Sequence record: MZ417521
Length of the DNA stretch: 64,000 bases
Reading direction: 5' to 3' (one strand)
Source of the DNA: Escherichia phage 132
Within the stretch, counting starts at the first letter, position 1. The number at the start of each line of letters is the position of its first letter. The notes beneath the pieces are model-generated. The model was given only the letters and a program-made list of their open reading frames with translations, did not search any database and was not told the DNA's origin. Both the position numbers and the translations under genes were made by a program. Shown here piece after piece: positions 9,776 to 21,277 of the stretch.

Positions 9776-10401
9776 TACAATAGCTCAAAGAATTCTTTGA
9801 GTCCTCTTATTACATGAGCGTGAGTTTTTCCACACTCTGGACACTTAATTGGAACAGCCAAATAAACAGTAGGCTTTAAAAGCATATCTTTTATAGCTAC
9901 AATATCTGACTCTGTGATGATAGAATATAAATCTTCCAGTTCCTTTTCATTTAAATCTTCAACTGGAATGCTTTCCCCGTTAGCATGAATCGTTTCTATG
10001 CATGATACTATCATGTGGGCTATATTTTTATCATCAAAAATTTTAGGGTAATGGAACTTAATTTTAATGTCACCCAGTGTATACCAGAGGTCTTCTGGTG
10101 CATCTATTTGTGTATGTAATAGATTTATATGGGTTGGTATTTCAGTTCCACAGGTGCATTTCCAGGAGTTTTCGTGATTAACTTCTCCAAGAGAATGCGC
10201 CCATAAATGAATCAGCAGTAGTTCTGATTCTTGGCGGTTTAAATCTTTTGCATTTGTGCAGTCTTTGATTAGCTTTTTAACAATTTCTTCGACTGAACCG
10301 TTCTTTTTAGCAGTAATAAGTTCTAGATATTCTTTAAGAGTAAATGCGCGACAGTTGATTATTTTAGAACCAACTCTCACGTCAAATTTGTATTCATACA
10401 T
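9775..10401 (-). CDS. 26: Baseplate hub protein gp26
   Basis: 208 aa, T4 gene order 25-26-51. Confidence 0.9.
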   Translation of the reverse strand: MYEYKFDVRVGSKIINCRAFTLKEYLELITAKKNGSVEEIVKKLIKDCTNAKDLNRQESELLLIHLWAHSLGEVNHENSWKCTCGTEIPTHINLLHTQIDAPEDLWYTLGDIKIKFHYPKIFDDKNIAHMIVSCIETIHANGESIPVEDLNEKELEDLYSIITESDIVAIKDMLLKPTVYLAVPIKCPECGKTHAHVIRGLKEFFELL

Positions 10402-10422
10402 ATTTAGCTCCTTTATTTATCA

Positions 10423-10434
10423 TATTTATAAATA
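10423..10434. promoter_or_regulatory. Divergent overlapping late promoters (TATAAATA on both strands) for genes 26 and 51
   Basis: Plus TATAAATA at 10427-10434; minus-strand TATAAATA is the complement of 10423-10430. Confidence 0.6.
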
Positions 10435-10451
10435 GAATAAAAGGAGCATCT

Positions 10452-11201
10452 ATGGCAAACATTATTCGTTGTAAATTACCAGATGGTGTTCATCGTTTTA
10501 AACCATTTACGGTAGAAGATTATCGAGATTTTTTGTTAGTTCGAAACGATATAGAACATCGGTCACCACAAGAACAAAAAGAAATAATTGCTGATTTAAT
10601 TGCCGATTATTTTGGAGACTATCCGAAGACTTGGCAACCATTTATATTTTTGCAGGTATTTGTAGGGTCAATAGGTAAAACTAAAGTACCGGTCACATTT
10701 GTATGTCCAAAATGTAAAAAAGAAAAGACAGTTCCATTTGAAATATATCAAAAAGAATTAAAGGAACCTGTTTTTGATGTAGCTAATGTTAAAATTAAAT
10801 TAAAGTTTCCTTCTGAGTTTTATGAAAATAAAGCAAAGATGATTACTGAAAATATTCATTCTGTTCAAGTAGATGAAACATGGTATGATTGGAAGGAAAT
10901 TAGTGAATCAAGTCAAATAGAACTTGTTGATGCCATCGAGATAGAAACATTAGAAAAAATTCTCGATGCAATGAATCCTATTAATTTAACGCTACATATG
11001 TCCTGCTGTGATAAGTATGTAAAAAAATACACTGATATAGTAGATGTGTTTAAGCTATTAGTTAACCCAGATGAGATATTTACTTTTTATCAAATTAATC
11101 ACACACTTGTAAAAAGTAATTATAGCTTAAATTCAATAATGAAAATGATTCCTGCCGAGCGCGGATTCGTATTAAAACTGATTGAGAAGGATAAACAATA
11201 A
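10452..11201 (+). CDS. 51: Baseplate hub assembly catalyst gp51
   Basis: 249 aa; AAGGAG RBS. Confidence 0.9.
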   Translation: MANIIRCKLPDGVHRFKPFTVEDYRDFLLVRNDIEHRSPQEQKEIIADLIADYFGDYPKTWQPFIFLQVFVGSIGKTKVPVTFVCPKCKKEKTVPFEIYQKELKEPVFDVANVKIKLKFPSEFYENKAKMITENIHSVQVDETWYDWKEISESSQIELVDAIEIETLEKILDAMNPINLTLHMSCCDKYVKKYTDIVDVFKLLVNPDEIFTFYQINHTLVKSNYSLNSIMKMIPAERGFVLKLIEKDKQ

Positions 11202-12376
11202 TGAGTATGTTGCAACGCCCTGGATATCCAAATCTCAGCGTTAAATTATTTGATAGCTACGACGCTTGGAGTAATAATAGATTTGTTGAATTAGCTGCTA
11301 CTATTACCACATTAACTATGCGGGATTCTCTTTATGGCCGAAATGAAGGAATGCTGCAGTTTTATGATTCTAAAAACATCCATACAAAAATGGATGGAAA
11401 TGAAATAATTCAGATTTCTGTAGCTAATGCAAACGATATTAATAATGTTAAAACAAGAATTTATGGATGTAAGCATTTTTCTGTGTCAGTAGATTCAAAG
11501 GGTGATAACATCATTGCTATTGAATTGGGAACTATTCATTCTATAGAAAATCTTAAATTTGGCAGACCGTTTTTCCCTGATGCAGGTGAATCTATAAAGG
11601 AAATGCTTGGCGTCATTTATCAAGACCGCACATTATTAACTCCAGCAATAAATGCTATAAATGCTTATGTTCCTGATATTCCGTGGACTAGTACATTTGA
11701 AAACTATTTGTCATATGTCAGAGAAGTTGCTCTAGCTGTAGGAAGTGACAAATTTGTATTTGTATGGCAAGACATCATGGGAGTTAACATGATGGACTAT
11801 GATATGATGATAAATCAAGAACCATACCCAATGATTGTCGGTGAGCCATCTTTAATAGGTCAATTCATCCAAGAATTAAAATATCCATTAGCATATGATT
11901 TTGTTTGGTTGACTAAATCGAATCCTCACAAACGTGACCCAATGAAAAACGCTACTATCTATGCTCATTCATTTTTAGATTCTTCATTGCCAATGATTAC
12001 TACAGGAAAGGGCGAAAACTCTATTGTAGTGTCAAGGTCAGGTGCTTATTCTGAAATGACTTATAGGAATGGATATGAAGAAGCTATTCGTCTTCAAACT
12101 ATGGCGCAATACGATGGCTATGCTAAATGTTCTACTGTCGGTAATTTTAACTTGACACCTGGCGTTAAAATTATTTTTAATGATAGTAAAAACCAATTTA
12201 AAACAGAATTTTACGTTGATGAAGTTATCCACGAATTATCCAATAATAATTCAGTAACTCATCTATATATGTTCACTAATGCAACGAAACTGGAAACAAT
12301 AGACCCAGTTAAGGTTAAAAATGAATTTAAATCTGATACTACCACTGAAGAAAGTAGTTCTTCCAATAAGCAATAA
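11201..12376 (+). CDS. 27: Baseplate hub subunit gp27
   Basis: 391 aa, same as T4 gp27. Confidence 0.93.
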   Translation: MSMLQRPGYPNLSVKLFDSYDAWSNNRFVELAATITTLTMRDSLYGRNEGMLQFYDSKNIHTKMDGNEIIQISVANANDINNVKTRIYGCKHFSVSVDSKGDNIIAIELGTIHSIENLKFGRPFFPDAGESIKEMLGVIYQDRTLLTPAINAINAYVPDIPWTSTFENYLSYVREVALAVGSDKFVFVWQDIMGVNMMDYDMMINQEPYPMIVGEPSLIGQFIQELKYPLAYDFVWLTKSNPHKRDPMKNATIYAHSFLDSSLPMITTGKGENSIVVSRSGAYSEMTYRNGYEEAIRLQTMAQYDGYAKCSTVGNFNLTPGVKIIFNDSKNQFKTEFYVDEVIHELSNNNSVTHLYMFTNATKLETIDPVKVKNEFKSDTTTEESSSSNKQ

Positions 12377-12854
12377 AGAAGTTTCTATTCCTAAAATGGG
12401 TCTTAAACATTATAACATTTTAAAAGATGTTAAAGGTCCTGATGAAAATTTAAAACTTTTGATCGATTCTATTTGTCCGAATTTATCACCGGCAGAAGTT
12501 GATTTCGTTTCTATTCATTTATTGGAATTTAATGGAAAGATTAAATCTCGCAAAGAAATAGATGGTTATACTTATGACATTAATGATGTTTATGTATGCC
12601 AAAGATTGGAATTTCAATACCAAGGAAATACATTTTATTTTAGACCTCCTGGAAAATTTGAACAATTTTTAACGGTGAGCGATATGTTATCCAAGTGCTT
12701 ACTTAAGGTCAATGATGAAGTTAAAGAAATTAATTTTCTTGAGATGCCAGCATTCGTTTTAAAATGGGCAAATGACATTTTTACAACTTTAGCAATTCCT
12801 GGCCCTAATGGTCCAATAACCGGAATTGGCAATATTATTGGATTATTTGAATGA
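12321..12854 (+). CDS. 28: Baseplate hub distal subunit gp28
   Basis: 177 aa; overlaps the gene 27 3' end as in T4. Confidence 0.88.
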   Translation: MNLNLILPLKKVVLPISNKEVSIPKMGLKHYNILKDVKGPDENLKLLIDSICPNLSPAEVDFVSIHLLEFNGKIKSRKEIDGYTYDINDVYVCQRLEFQYQGNTFYFRPPGKFEQFLTVSDMLSKCLLKVNDEVKEINFLEMPAFVLKWANDIFTTLAIPGPNGPITGIGNIIGLFE

Positions 12855-14623
12855 AAAAGCCACAAGAAATGCAAACGATGCGCAGAAAAGTTATTTCAGA
12901 TAATAAACCAACACAGGAAGCGGCTAAATCCGCTTCTAACACTTTATCTGGACTTAACGATATATCTACGAAATTGGATGATGCTCAAGCTGCTTCTGAA
13001 TTAATTGCTCAAACTGTTGAAGAAAAATCGAATGAAATAATTGGAGCAATTGACAACGTAGAAAGCGCAGTAAGTGATACTACTGCTGGTTCTGAGTTAA
13101 TTGCTGAAACTGTCGAAATTGGCAATAATATTAATAAAGAAATCGGTGAATCACTCGGGAGCAAATTAGATAAATTAACGAGTTTACTAGAGCAAAAAAT
13201 TCAGACAGCTGGAATTCAACAAACAGGAACCAGTTTAGCCACGGTTGAAAGTGCTATTCCTGTTAAAGTTGTTGAGGACGATACAGCTGAATCTGTGGGT
13301 CCTTTATTACCGGCTCCTGAAGCAGTTAATAATAATCCTGATGCTGATTTTTTCCCTACCCCTCAGCCAGTTGAACCTAAACAAGAATCGCCAGAAGAAA
13401 AACAGAAAAAAGACGCATTTAACTTAAAATTATCTCAAGCTTTAGATAAATTAACAAAGACTGTTGATTTTGGATTTAAGAAATCCATTTCAATTACTGA
13501 TAAAATATCAAGCATGTTATTTAAGTATACCGTCAGTGCTGCTATTGAAGCCGCTAAAATGACTGCAATGATATTGGCTGTTGTTGTTGGAATAGACCTG
13601 TTGATGGTTCATTTCAAATATTGGTCAGATAAATTTTCGCAGGCTTGGGATTTGTTTAGTACGGACTTTACTAAATTCTCTAGCGAAACCGGAACATGGG
13701 GTCCTTTATTACAGAGCATCTTTGGTTCTATTGATAAAATTAAACAGCTTTGGGAAGCTGGAGATTGGGGCGGATTGACAGTAGCTATTGTAGAAGGGCT
13801 TGGAAAGGTTCTTTTTAATTTAGGAGAGCTTATTCAATTAGGTATGGCTAAATTATCTGCTGCAATTCTTCGAGTCATTCCTGGCATGAAGGATACCGCT
13901 GATGAAGTAGAAGGAAGAGCACTAGAAAATTTCCAAAATACTACAAATGCTTCTCTTAACAAAGAAGACCAAGAAAAAGTTGCAAACTATCAATATAAAA
14001 GAATGAATGGAGAACTTGGTCCGATAGCAAAAGGACTAGACAAAATTGCGAACTGGAAAACTCGTGCATCTAACTGGATTCGCGGTGTTGATAATAAAGA
14101 AGCACTAACGACTGATGAAGAGAGAGCAGATGAAGAAGAAAAATTAAAGCAACTTTCTCCGGAGGAAGCTAAAATTGCTTTAATGAAAGCTAATGAAGCT
14201 CGTGCTGCTATGAATCGTTTTGATGAATATGCTGATTCAGCTGATATGAGTAAAGACTCAACAGTTAAATCAGTTGAAGCTGCCTATGAAGACCTTAAAA
14301 AACGGATGGATGACCCGGATTTAAATAATTCGCCGGCAGTTAAAAAAGAACTTGCTGCTAGATTTTCTAAAATTGATGCTACTTATCAAGAGCTCAAGAA
14401 AAATCAGCCTAATGCCAAACCTGAAACTTCTGCTAAATCGCCAGAAGCAAAACAAGTCCAGGTAATAGAAAAGAACAAAGCACAGCAAGCTCCTGTTCAA
14501 CAAGCATCTCCTTCGATCAATAATACTAATAATGTTATTAAGAAAAATACTGTCGTTCATAATATGACACCTGTTACGAGTACAACTGCTCCCGGTGTAT
14601 TTGACGCGACTGGAGTTAATTAA
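12851..14623 (+). CDS. 29: Baseplate hub / tail length determinator gp29
   Basis: 590 aa, same as T4 gp29. Confidence 0.93.
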   Translation: MKKPQEMQTMRRKVISDNKPTQEAAKSASNTLSGLNDISTKLDDAQAASELIAQTVEEKSNEIIGAIDNVESAVSDTTAGSELIAETVEIGNNINKEIGESLGSKLDKLTSLLEQKIQTAGIQQTGTSLATVESAIPVKVVEDDTAESVGPLLPAPEAVNNNPDADFFPTPQPVEPKQESPEEKQKKDAFNLKLSQALDKLTKTVDFGFKKSISITDKISSMLFKYTVSAAIEAAKMTAMILAVVVGIDLLMVHFKYWSDKFSQAWDLFSTDFTKFSSETGTWGPLLQSIFGSIDKIKQLWEAGDWGGLTVAIVEGLGKVLFNLGELIQLGMAKLSAAILRVIPGMKDTADEVEGRALENFQNTTNASLNKEDQEKVANYQYKRMNGELGPIAKGLDKIANWKTRASNWIRGVDNKEALTTDEERADEEEKLKQLSPEEAKIALMKANEARAAMNRFDEYADSADMSKDSTVKSVEAAYEDLKKRMDDPDLNNSPAVKKELAARFSKIDATYQELKKNQPNAKPETSAKSPEAKQVQVIEKNKAQQAPVQQASPSINNTNNVIKKNTVVHNMTPVTSTTAPGVFDATGVN

Positions 14624-14631
14624 GGAATAAT

Positions 14632-15726
14632 ATGGCAATTGTTAAAGAAATAACTGCTGATTTAATTAAAAAGTCCGGTGAGAAAATTTCAGCCGGACAG
14701 AGTACTAAATCAGAAGTAGGAACTAAAACATACACTGCCCAGTTTCCAACTGGGCGTGCTAGTGGTAATGACACTACAGGGGACTTCCAGGTAACAGATC
14801 TATATAAGAATGGATTATTATTTACTGCATACAATATGTCATCTAGGGATTCTGGAAGTCTTAGATCGATGAGATCTAACTACTCTTCTTCATCTTCGAG
14901 TATTTTACGTACAGCCAGAAACACTATCAGTAATACAGTATCAAAACTGTCAAATGGATTAATATCAGATAATAATTCAGGAACAATAAGTAAAGCTCCT
15001 GTGGCAAACATTCTTTTACCGAGATCTAAATCTGACGTTGATACATCATCACATAGATTTAATGATGTTCAAGAAAGTCTTATCAGTAGAGGCGGAGGAA
15101 CTGCTACTGGTGTGCTAAGTAATATTGCTTCAACTGCAGTATTTGGGGCACTGGAAAGTATAACACAAGGTATAATGGCTGATAATAATGAACAGATTTA
15201 TACTACAGCCAGAAGTATGTATGGTGGTGCTGAGAATAGAACTAAAGTGTTTACATGGGATTTGACTCCACGTTCAACAGAAGATTTAATGGCTATTATT
15301 AATATCTATCAGTATTTTAACTATTTTTCTTATGGTGAAACGGGCAAATCTCAATATGCTGCTGAAATAAAAGGGTATTTAGATGATTGGTATCGTTCTA
15401 CATTAATTGAACCTTTATCTCCGGAAGACGCAGCTAAAAATAAAACACTATTTGAGAAAATGACATCGAGTTTAACTAACGTTCTAGTAGTTTCAAACCC
15501 GACAATTTGGATGGTGAAAAACTTTGGTGCAACATCTAAGTTTGATGGAAAAACGGAAATATTTGGTCCATGTCAAATACAGAGTATCAGATTTGATAAA
15601 ACACCTAATGGTAACTTTAACGGATTAGCTATTGCTCCAAACCTCCCTAGTACATTTACTCTTGAGATTACTATGAGAGAAATTATCACGTTAAACCGTG
15701 CTTCTTTATATGCGGGGACTTTTTAA
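14632..15726 (+). CDS. 48: Baseplate tail-tube junction protein gp48
   Basis: 364 aa. Confidence 0.93.
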   Translation: MAIVKEITADLIKKSGEKISAGQSTKSEVGTKTYTAQFPTGRASGNDTTGDFQVTDLYKNGLLFTAYNMSSRDSGSLRSMRSNYSSSSSSILRTARNTISNTVSKLSNGLISDNNSGTISKAPVANILLPRSKSDVDTSSHRFNDVQESLISRGGGTATGVLSNIASTAVFGALESITQGIMADNNEQIYTTARSMYGGAENRTKVFTWDLTPRSTEDLMAIINIYQYFNYFSYGETGKSQYAAEIKGYLDDWYRSTLIEPLSPEDAAKNKTLFEKMTSSLTNVLVVSNPTIWMVKNFGATSKFDGKTEIFGPCQIQSIRFDKTPNGNFNGLAIAPNLPSTFTLEITMREIITLNRASLYAGTF

Positions 15727-16691
15727 TGTATTCTTTAGAGGAATTTAATAATCAAGCAATAAACGCAGATTTCCAACGTAATAATATGTTTAGCTGCGTT
15801 TTTGCGACAACTCCATCAACTAAAAGCTCTTCGTTGATAAGTTCAATTAGCAACTTTTCTTATAATAACTTGGGTCTAAATTCAGATTGGTTAGGATTGA
15901 CTCAAGGCGATATTAATCAGGGAATTACCACGCTAATTACAGCTGGCACACAAAAACTGATAAGAAAATCAGGAGTTAGTAAATATCTTATTGGTGCCAT
16001 GAGTCAACGTACAGTTCAAAGTTTATTAGGCTCATTTACAGTTGGTACATATTTAATTGACTTCTTTAACATGGCATATAACTCATCTGGATTGATGATA
16101 TATTCCGTAAAAATGCCAGAGAATAGATTATCCTATGAAACTGACTGGAACTATAATTCTCCTAATATTCGTATAACTGGGAGAGAATTAGACCCTTTGG
16201 TTATTTCATTTAGAATGGATTCAGAATCATGTAATTATCGTGCAATGCAAGACTGGGTTAACGCTGTTCAAGACCCAGTAACTGGACTGCGTGCTTTGCC
16301 ACAAGATGTCGAGGCAGACATTCAGGTTAATCTTCATGCTCGTAATGGATTACCTCATACTGCTGTGATGTTCACCGGATGCATTCCGGTGTCAGTGAGC
16401 GCTCCTGAGTTATCATACGATGGAGATAACCAAATAACTACATTTGATGTTACTTTTGCGTATAGAGTCATGCAGGCTGGAGCAGTTGATAGACAAGCTG
16501 CGCTTGAATGGCTTGAATCTGCTGCTATAAACGGTATTCAAAGCGTTCTCGGAAATAGCGGAGGCGTTACTGGACTATCTAATTCGCTTTCACGACTTAG
16601 TAGATTAGGAGGAACTGCTGGAAGCATTTCAAACATTAATACTATGACGGGAATTGTCAACTCGCAAAGTAAAATATTAGGAGCAATATAA
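15726..16691 (+). CDS. 54: Baseplate tail-tube initiator gp54
   Basis: 321 aa. Confidence 0.93.
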   Translation: MYSLEEFNNQAINADFQRNNMFSCVFATTPSTKSSSLISSISNFSYNNLGLNSDWLGLTQGDINQGITTLITAGTQKLIRKSGVSKYLIGAMSQRTVQSLLGSFTVGTYLIDFFNMAYNSSGLMIYSVKMPENRLSYETDWNYNSPNIRITGRELDPLVISFRMDSESCNYRAMQDWVNAVQDPVTGLRALPQDVEADIQVNLHARNGLPHTAVMFTGCIPVSVSAPELSYDGDNQITTFDVTFAYRVMQAGAVDRQAALEWLESAAINGIQSVLGNSGGVTGLSNSLSRLSRLGGTAGSISNINTMTGIVNSQSKILGAI

Positions 16692-16695
16692 CAAT

Positions 16696-16713
16696 GGGGA
16701 CCGAAAGGTCCCC
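16696..16713. terminator. Bidirectional hairpin GGGGACC-GAAA-GGTCCCC between gene 54 and the convergent alt block
   Basis: 7-bp GC stem with GAAA loop and flanking T-run. Confidence 0.6.
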
Positions 16714-16719
16714 ATATTT

Positions 16720-17010
16720 TTATTTACGGAATGAAATAAAAGCAGCAACTGAAGCAACTAAACTGTCTTCAATATAAACTTCAATTTTTACCGGAGCTTC
16801 TGACTCAAATTTACCTGTTACTACACCTTGGAAAATGCTTTCAGTCTGTTCTGGCTTTGAAAAATTTTCAGAAGGAAAAATTCCGAACTTTTTATCTGTT
16901 CCAAAAATTTTGATAAATTCGTCGTAAACCGCTTCATTAAAAGCGTTATCAGCAGGAATAACGCCTTCAACTGTGAGTTCTTGACCTAAAAAGCGTAAAG
17001 AAGATTTCAT
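16720..17010 (-). CDS. Hypothetical protein at the T4 alt.-3 position
   Basis: 96-aa ORF with its own early promoter and GAGGA RBS. Confidence 0.65.
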   Translation of the reverse strand: MKSSLRFLGQELTVEGVIPADNAFNEAVYDEFIKIFGTDKKFGIFPSENFSKPEQTESIFQGVVTGKFESEAPVKIEVYIEDSLVASVAAFISFRK

Positions 17011-17039
17011 TTTGTGTTCCTCATGTTATGTCAGTAAAA

Positions 17040-17072
17040 TTATTATAACACAACACGAGGGACTTGTAAACT
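17040..17072 (-). promoter_or_regulatory. T4-type early promoter (GTTTAC -35, TATAAT -10)
   Basis: Minus strand: GTTTAC, 18-nt spacer, TATAAT, then conserved leader ttactgacataacATGAGGA. Confidence 0.6.
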
Positions 17073-19128
17073 ACATTTTGAACTTTTTAGACATTCCGTT
17101 GATGTTAACCAAAGAAGCCAAGATTTGAGAAACTTCGTTTTCCTCTTCTTTTGATTCTTCTACAAGGAATTGATTAAATCCAGCCATTGGACGAACTTCA
17201 CCAGTTTCCATTAGATGGTCGCCATCATATACCGATTCTTCTAATTGTTCAGAAGGAGGAACGATTGTGCCTTCGATTAGATACTTGTTATAAGCAGTTT
17301 CTTTCATCATGTACGTACTCACTTTATTAATCTTCAGCAAAATTCCACGCGGTAAAATAACTTCAGCTTCTGATGGAAATCCTGATAAATGTCCTGGAAC
17401 GATAACTTTGATTCGCTCAGCTCCTTTAATTACCATACCCACGCTAGTTTCAGCATCTTCATTCGCATAAGCAGAGTGACTGCCCATATGCATCAAATCT
17501 TCAGCATCAACTGAACCTTCTCCTTCACCAGAAAATACTGTGCCGGAATCATCTAGGGCCATATAGTTTTTACCATACTCACCGAAGATATTTGGTTTAA
17601 GCGATGTGGATACGAAGTTCTTGAAGTAGAACATTTTATTTTCAATGTTATGACGCAAAGTTTTAAAGGTAACTTCTTGCCCACGATAAAGAGTAGTTCC
17701 TGGAGGAAGAACAGAACCTTTAGCAAATGCAGAATCCAACGTCTCGATGTGTTTAATAGCTCGTTCCATATATTCTTCACGGGTAGAATCAGGTTTACCT
17801 AAAAGGAACGAGTTCATTTCAACATATGAATCTGCACAATAATCTTCAATTACATCAGATTCAGCTTGAGTTAATCCTTTTGGAGTTACTTCGGTGCTTG
17901 CGTATTCATATGCCTGAGCGGCAGATTCATTAATCAATTTATAAATGCCATTCATGACAAATTGAATAATAGCTGTCTTTTCATCTGGTGTAGCTTTAGA
18001 ACCTTTAACTAAATCATTGATAATTTTCTTAATAACATCAAAGCTATTAGAAATATTAATGTCAGCAAGATCGCTTAAAATTTTATCAGTTTTATAATCA
18101 AAGAATTCTTTATTCTTTAAATATTCTTGAGAACCTTGATATGTTATATCGCTCTGCAACTTGATAGATGGATCACGTAAACGTGCATGGGCTAATGCAA
18201 TATGATTTCGGAAACTTTCTAGTTCATAATCGTTAGATTTAAAACGAGAAGCACTTCTCATACCACCGATAGCTCCTTTGCTAAAGTTTGAACCAATCTG
18301 AATAACGCCAGAGTTCATCGGACCTTCTGCTTTATATACCGGAACTTTAGATTCAAACTCTTGATATTTCTTAGCAGCGAAGCTATCACCCTGAAGTGAA
18401 GCATCAACAGTAGAATATTGAGCTTGTGCTGCTAATCGACGACTAATTTTAGTTTTCTGAATAACAGCTTGATCCGTGCGCTTATCATTTTCTAAAGCAA
18501 TAGAAGCAGCAACAGCGACAGCTTTAGGAACAGCATTACCTGTTTTAACGTCTACATAAACATCACCAACCTTTGATTCAACTTTTGTGAATAACTCAGT
18601 TGAAATAGGAGGTACACCTGGAATGTCTTCTAAATTGGCATTTTTACGGTAAACCATAATATATGCATATTTCTTATCATAGTCCCAGATTTCCTTTAAA
18701 AGAACATATCGACCTGCTCCTTTAGTACGTACTAAACGGTCGGCAATAACTTGCATTTGACGAGCTGCACCATTTGTTTTACTCTTTAGTACGCGGAATA
18801 AGCATGCGTCAATTTTATATTGTTTCATTGTTTGAAGAGCAGTATCAAAAACGGCATTAATGACACCAATTGGATTTCCACCCAAGTTTCTAAGTTTAAC
18901 TAATGATAGTTTCTCATTAACACCTATCATTACGATATGCATCATTTTATCGCCTGGCTTAACGTTTTTATTTGTATCACCACCAGAGGTGTATGTACAA
19001 AATCTAAATCCAGGAAGCACACTTTCTTCACCGGCTTGAATAGCAAAAATTTGAGGTATTTTATGCTTAGGATTTAAGTTAACAACCGGCGCCGAAGCGC
19101 CGTCAAATAATTCTGTAATAAGTTCCAT
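17071..19128 (-). CDS. Alt-family ADP-ribosyltransferase paralog, capsid-packaged internal protein type
   Basis: 685 aa; N-terminus MELITELFD... parallels the adjacent Alt; C-terminal R-S-E triad (LYRGQ, VSTSL, EAEVILPRG). Confidence 0.85.
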   Translation of the reverse strand: MELITELFDGASAPVVNLNPKHKIPQIFAIQAGEESVLPGFRFCTYTSGGDTNKNVKPGDKMMHIVMIGVNEKLSLVKLRNLGGNPIGVINAVFDTALQTMKQYKIDACLFRVLKSKTNGAARQMQVIADRLVRTKGAGRYVLLKEIWDYDKKYAYIMVYRKNANLEDIPGVPPISTELFTKVESKVGDVYVDVKTGNAVPKAVAVAASIALENDKRTDQAVIQKTKISRRLAAQAQYSTVDASLQGDSFAAKKYQEFESKVPVYKAEGPMNSGVIQIGSNFSKGAIGGMRSASRFKSNDYELESFRNHIALAHARLRDPSIKLQSDITYQGSQEYLKNKEFFDYKTDKILSDLADINISNSFDVIKKIINDLVKGSKATPDEKTAIIQFVMNGIYKLINESAAQAYEYASTEVTPKGLTQAESDVIEDYCADSYVEMNSFLLGKPDSTREEYMERAIKHIETLDSAFAKGSVLPPGTTLYRGQEVTFKTLRHNIENKMFYFKNFVSTSLKPNIFGEYGKNYMALDDSGTVFSGEGEGSVDAEDLMHMGSHSAYANEDAETSVGMVIKGAERIKVIVPGHLSGFPSEAEVILPRGILLKINKVSTYMMKETAYNKYLIEGTIVPPSEQLEESVYDGDHLMETGEVRPMAGFNQFLVEESKEEENEVSQILASLVNINGMSKKFKM

Positions 19129-19131
19129 GAT

Positions 19132-21228
19132 TTATCCTTGAACGAACTTGTAAGGCATGTTTGTAATATCTATGCAAGACGCAATAATTCCGAGAGATGA
19201 TTCTGCTTTCTGTTTAACATTTGATGAAACAAATGATGCAAAGTCAACTCTGTCTTCTATTTCAATATCACCTGTCATTGCAACCAATTCACCAGTTTCC
19301 ATTAAATGGTCTCCATCATAGATTACCGATTCGGTGAGCTCTTCCGTGGTCATAACTTCAGCTTGAATGAGTTTTGTATTATTAGATGTTGTTCCGTCAT
19401 TATTAGAAGCATCAGTTATTTTATTAACCTTGACCATCAATCCGCGTGGTAGAATAACTTCAGCTTCTGTTGCTATTCCGAGACTTCCTGGATATACAAC
19501 ATTAACTTTATGAGCTCCATCAATTGCCCATCCTATTTGAACTTTAACGTATTCAGGATTTTCTTTATACGCTCTTATTTCGTTTGGATTAATAGTTATT
19601 CCTTCTTCATTTTTATCAACTGTTAATTCATTGCGAGCTTCTGGTTCTAAAAGACCAATACCAGCATGTGTGATTCCAAAACGTCCAAAAATGATAGGAG
19701 TTAAAGAAGTAGATACAAAATTTCTGAAGTAGAACACTTTATTTTTAACTAAAGCTTCGTATATAGGAGCAGTCATACTCTGAGCACGATAAACTGTAAT
19801 GCCTTCTGGTATACGATCACCATTTTCAAAAGCAGAATCTAAATTAGTTATAGCAGCTTCAATTTCTTTTTCACTCATTACTTCATAACGTTCTGGATCA
19901 TAACGACCCAAAAGAAGATTATTGATGTCAGTATACCCTGATCCACAGTATTCTCTAATACCTCTCTTTTGTGATGGAGTATATTTAGAACCATCACGAG
20001 CGATTGTAATATCAATCATAGGACCAGCTCCTACGCCAGAGAAACTGTATATCATTCGTTTAAGAAATTTAGTTTTTGCTGCGTTCCAGGAATTTTTAGT
20101 TATTTCTTCCCAGACTTCATCTGGTTGTCCTTTACGATTTTTATTGTGTTTAGCAAGCCAACTATCTTTGTATTCATCAAAAAGTGAATTAACTGCTGCT
20201 GCGTATTTTTCTAAACATTTTATTGAGGTAGTTGGCTCATTTTTAATAGCATGTAGAATTGTATCTTTAATTTTTTCAGAAACTTCACCAACCCGACTCA
20301 GCGGAAAGAATTTATAATCATAATGAAGTTCATCTGCCGTTCCTTCAGCAATAATTTTTGCTGCCTTTGTTTTAGAAGCTAATGAATTAATTCCAATTTT
20401 CATTTCTTCTGCTTCGGGAATTAAAGGTGCAGTAGCTGGTTTATTAAAATTAGCTGCTGTAGATTCATACTTCTGGAATAATTCACTTTCAAATCTAGAA
20501 GATTCCAATGACTGACTTTGTGCAATTGCTCTACGGGAAATTTTAACTTTAGTAATAACAGCTTGGTCAGAACGCTTATCATTTTCTTGTGCAATTGATG
20601 CTGCAATTGCCTCATTTTTAGTTACTTGGGCTCCAGTATCTTTATTGATATAAACATCGCCGACCTTCGATTCAACTTTAGTAAAGAGCTCGGTACTAAT
20701 TTCCGGAACTCCTGGAATGTCTTCTAGTGATACGTTTTTGCGATGTATAAGAATATATGCATACTTTTTATCATAATCCCAGAGTTCCTTAAGAAGGACG
20801 TATCTGCCACCTGAACGACTACGGATAAGTCTATCAGCAATAACTTGAATTTGTCGAGCTTGACCAGCGGTTTTAGACTTAAGAATACGGAGCATACAAG
20901 CATCAATTTTATATTGACGCATTGTTTGCATTGCAACAGTAAAAACTGAATTGATATAATTAATTGGGCTTGGACCGAGACCTTTTAATTTAGCAATTGA
21001 ACCTTTAGCAGTTAATGTAAAAGGAACAATGTGCATCATTTTATCGCCCATCTTTAAATCACGGTTAGTATCACCTCCAGATGTATAGGTACATAAACGA
21101 AAGCCTGGTTGCTCAATTGCGTCATCAACATGAACTGAAAAAATTTGCGGTATTTTCTTCTTTGGATTTAAGTTTGTAATCGGAAGAGTAGTATCTTCGT
21201 CAAATAATTCTGTAATAAGTTCCATCAT
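19132..21228 (-). CDS. alt: Alt ADP-ribosyltransferase (injected; modifies host RNA polymerase alpha in T4)
   Basis: 698 aa (697 from second Met); R-S-E triad (VYRAQ, VSTSL, EAEVILPRG); adjacent to gene 30 as in T4. Confidence 0.88.
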   Translation of the reverse strand: MMELITELFDEDTTLPITNLNPKKKIPQIFSVHVDDAIEQPGFRLCTYTSGGDTNRDLKMGDKMMHIVPFTLTAKGSIAKLKGLGPSPINYINSVFTVAMQTMRQYKIDACMLRILKSKTAGQARQIQVIADRLIRSRSGGRYVLLKELWDYDKKYAYILIHRKNVSLEDIPGVPEISTELFTKVESKVGDVYINKDTGAQVTKNEAIAASIAQENDKRSDQAVITKVKISRRAIAQSQSLESSRFESELFQKYESTAANFNKPATAPLIPEAEEMKIGINSLASKTKAAKIIAEGTADELHYDYKFFPLSRVGEVSEKIKDTILHAIKNEPTTSIKCLEKYAAAVNSLFDEYKDSWLAKHNKNRKGQPDEVWEEITKNSWNAAKTKFLKRMIYSFSGVGAGPMIDITIARDGSKYTPSQKRGIREYCGSGYTDINNLLLGRYDPERYEVMSEKEIEAAITNLDSAFENGDRIPEGITVYRAQSMTAPIYEALVKNKVFYFRNFVSTSLTPIIFGRFGITHAGIGLLEPEARNELTVDKNEEGITINPNEIRAYKENPEYVKVQIGWAIDGAHKVNVVYPGSLGIATEAEVILPRGLMVKVNKITDASNNDGTTSNNTKLIQAEVMTTEELTESVIYDGDHLMETGELVAMTGDIEIEDRVDFASFVSSNVKQKAESSLGIIASCIDITNMPYKFVQG

Positions 21229-21248
21229 ATCCTCTCTAGTGTTTATTC

Positions 21249-21256
21249 TATTTATA
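21249..21256 (-). promoter_or_regulatory. Late promoter TATAAATA (minus strand) upstream of alt
   Basis: Complement of plus-strand tatttata at 21249-21256. Confidence 0.5.
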
Positions 21257-21277
21257 AAATTAAAGGCCCGAAGGCCT

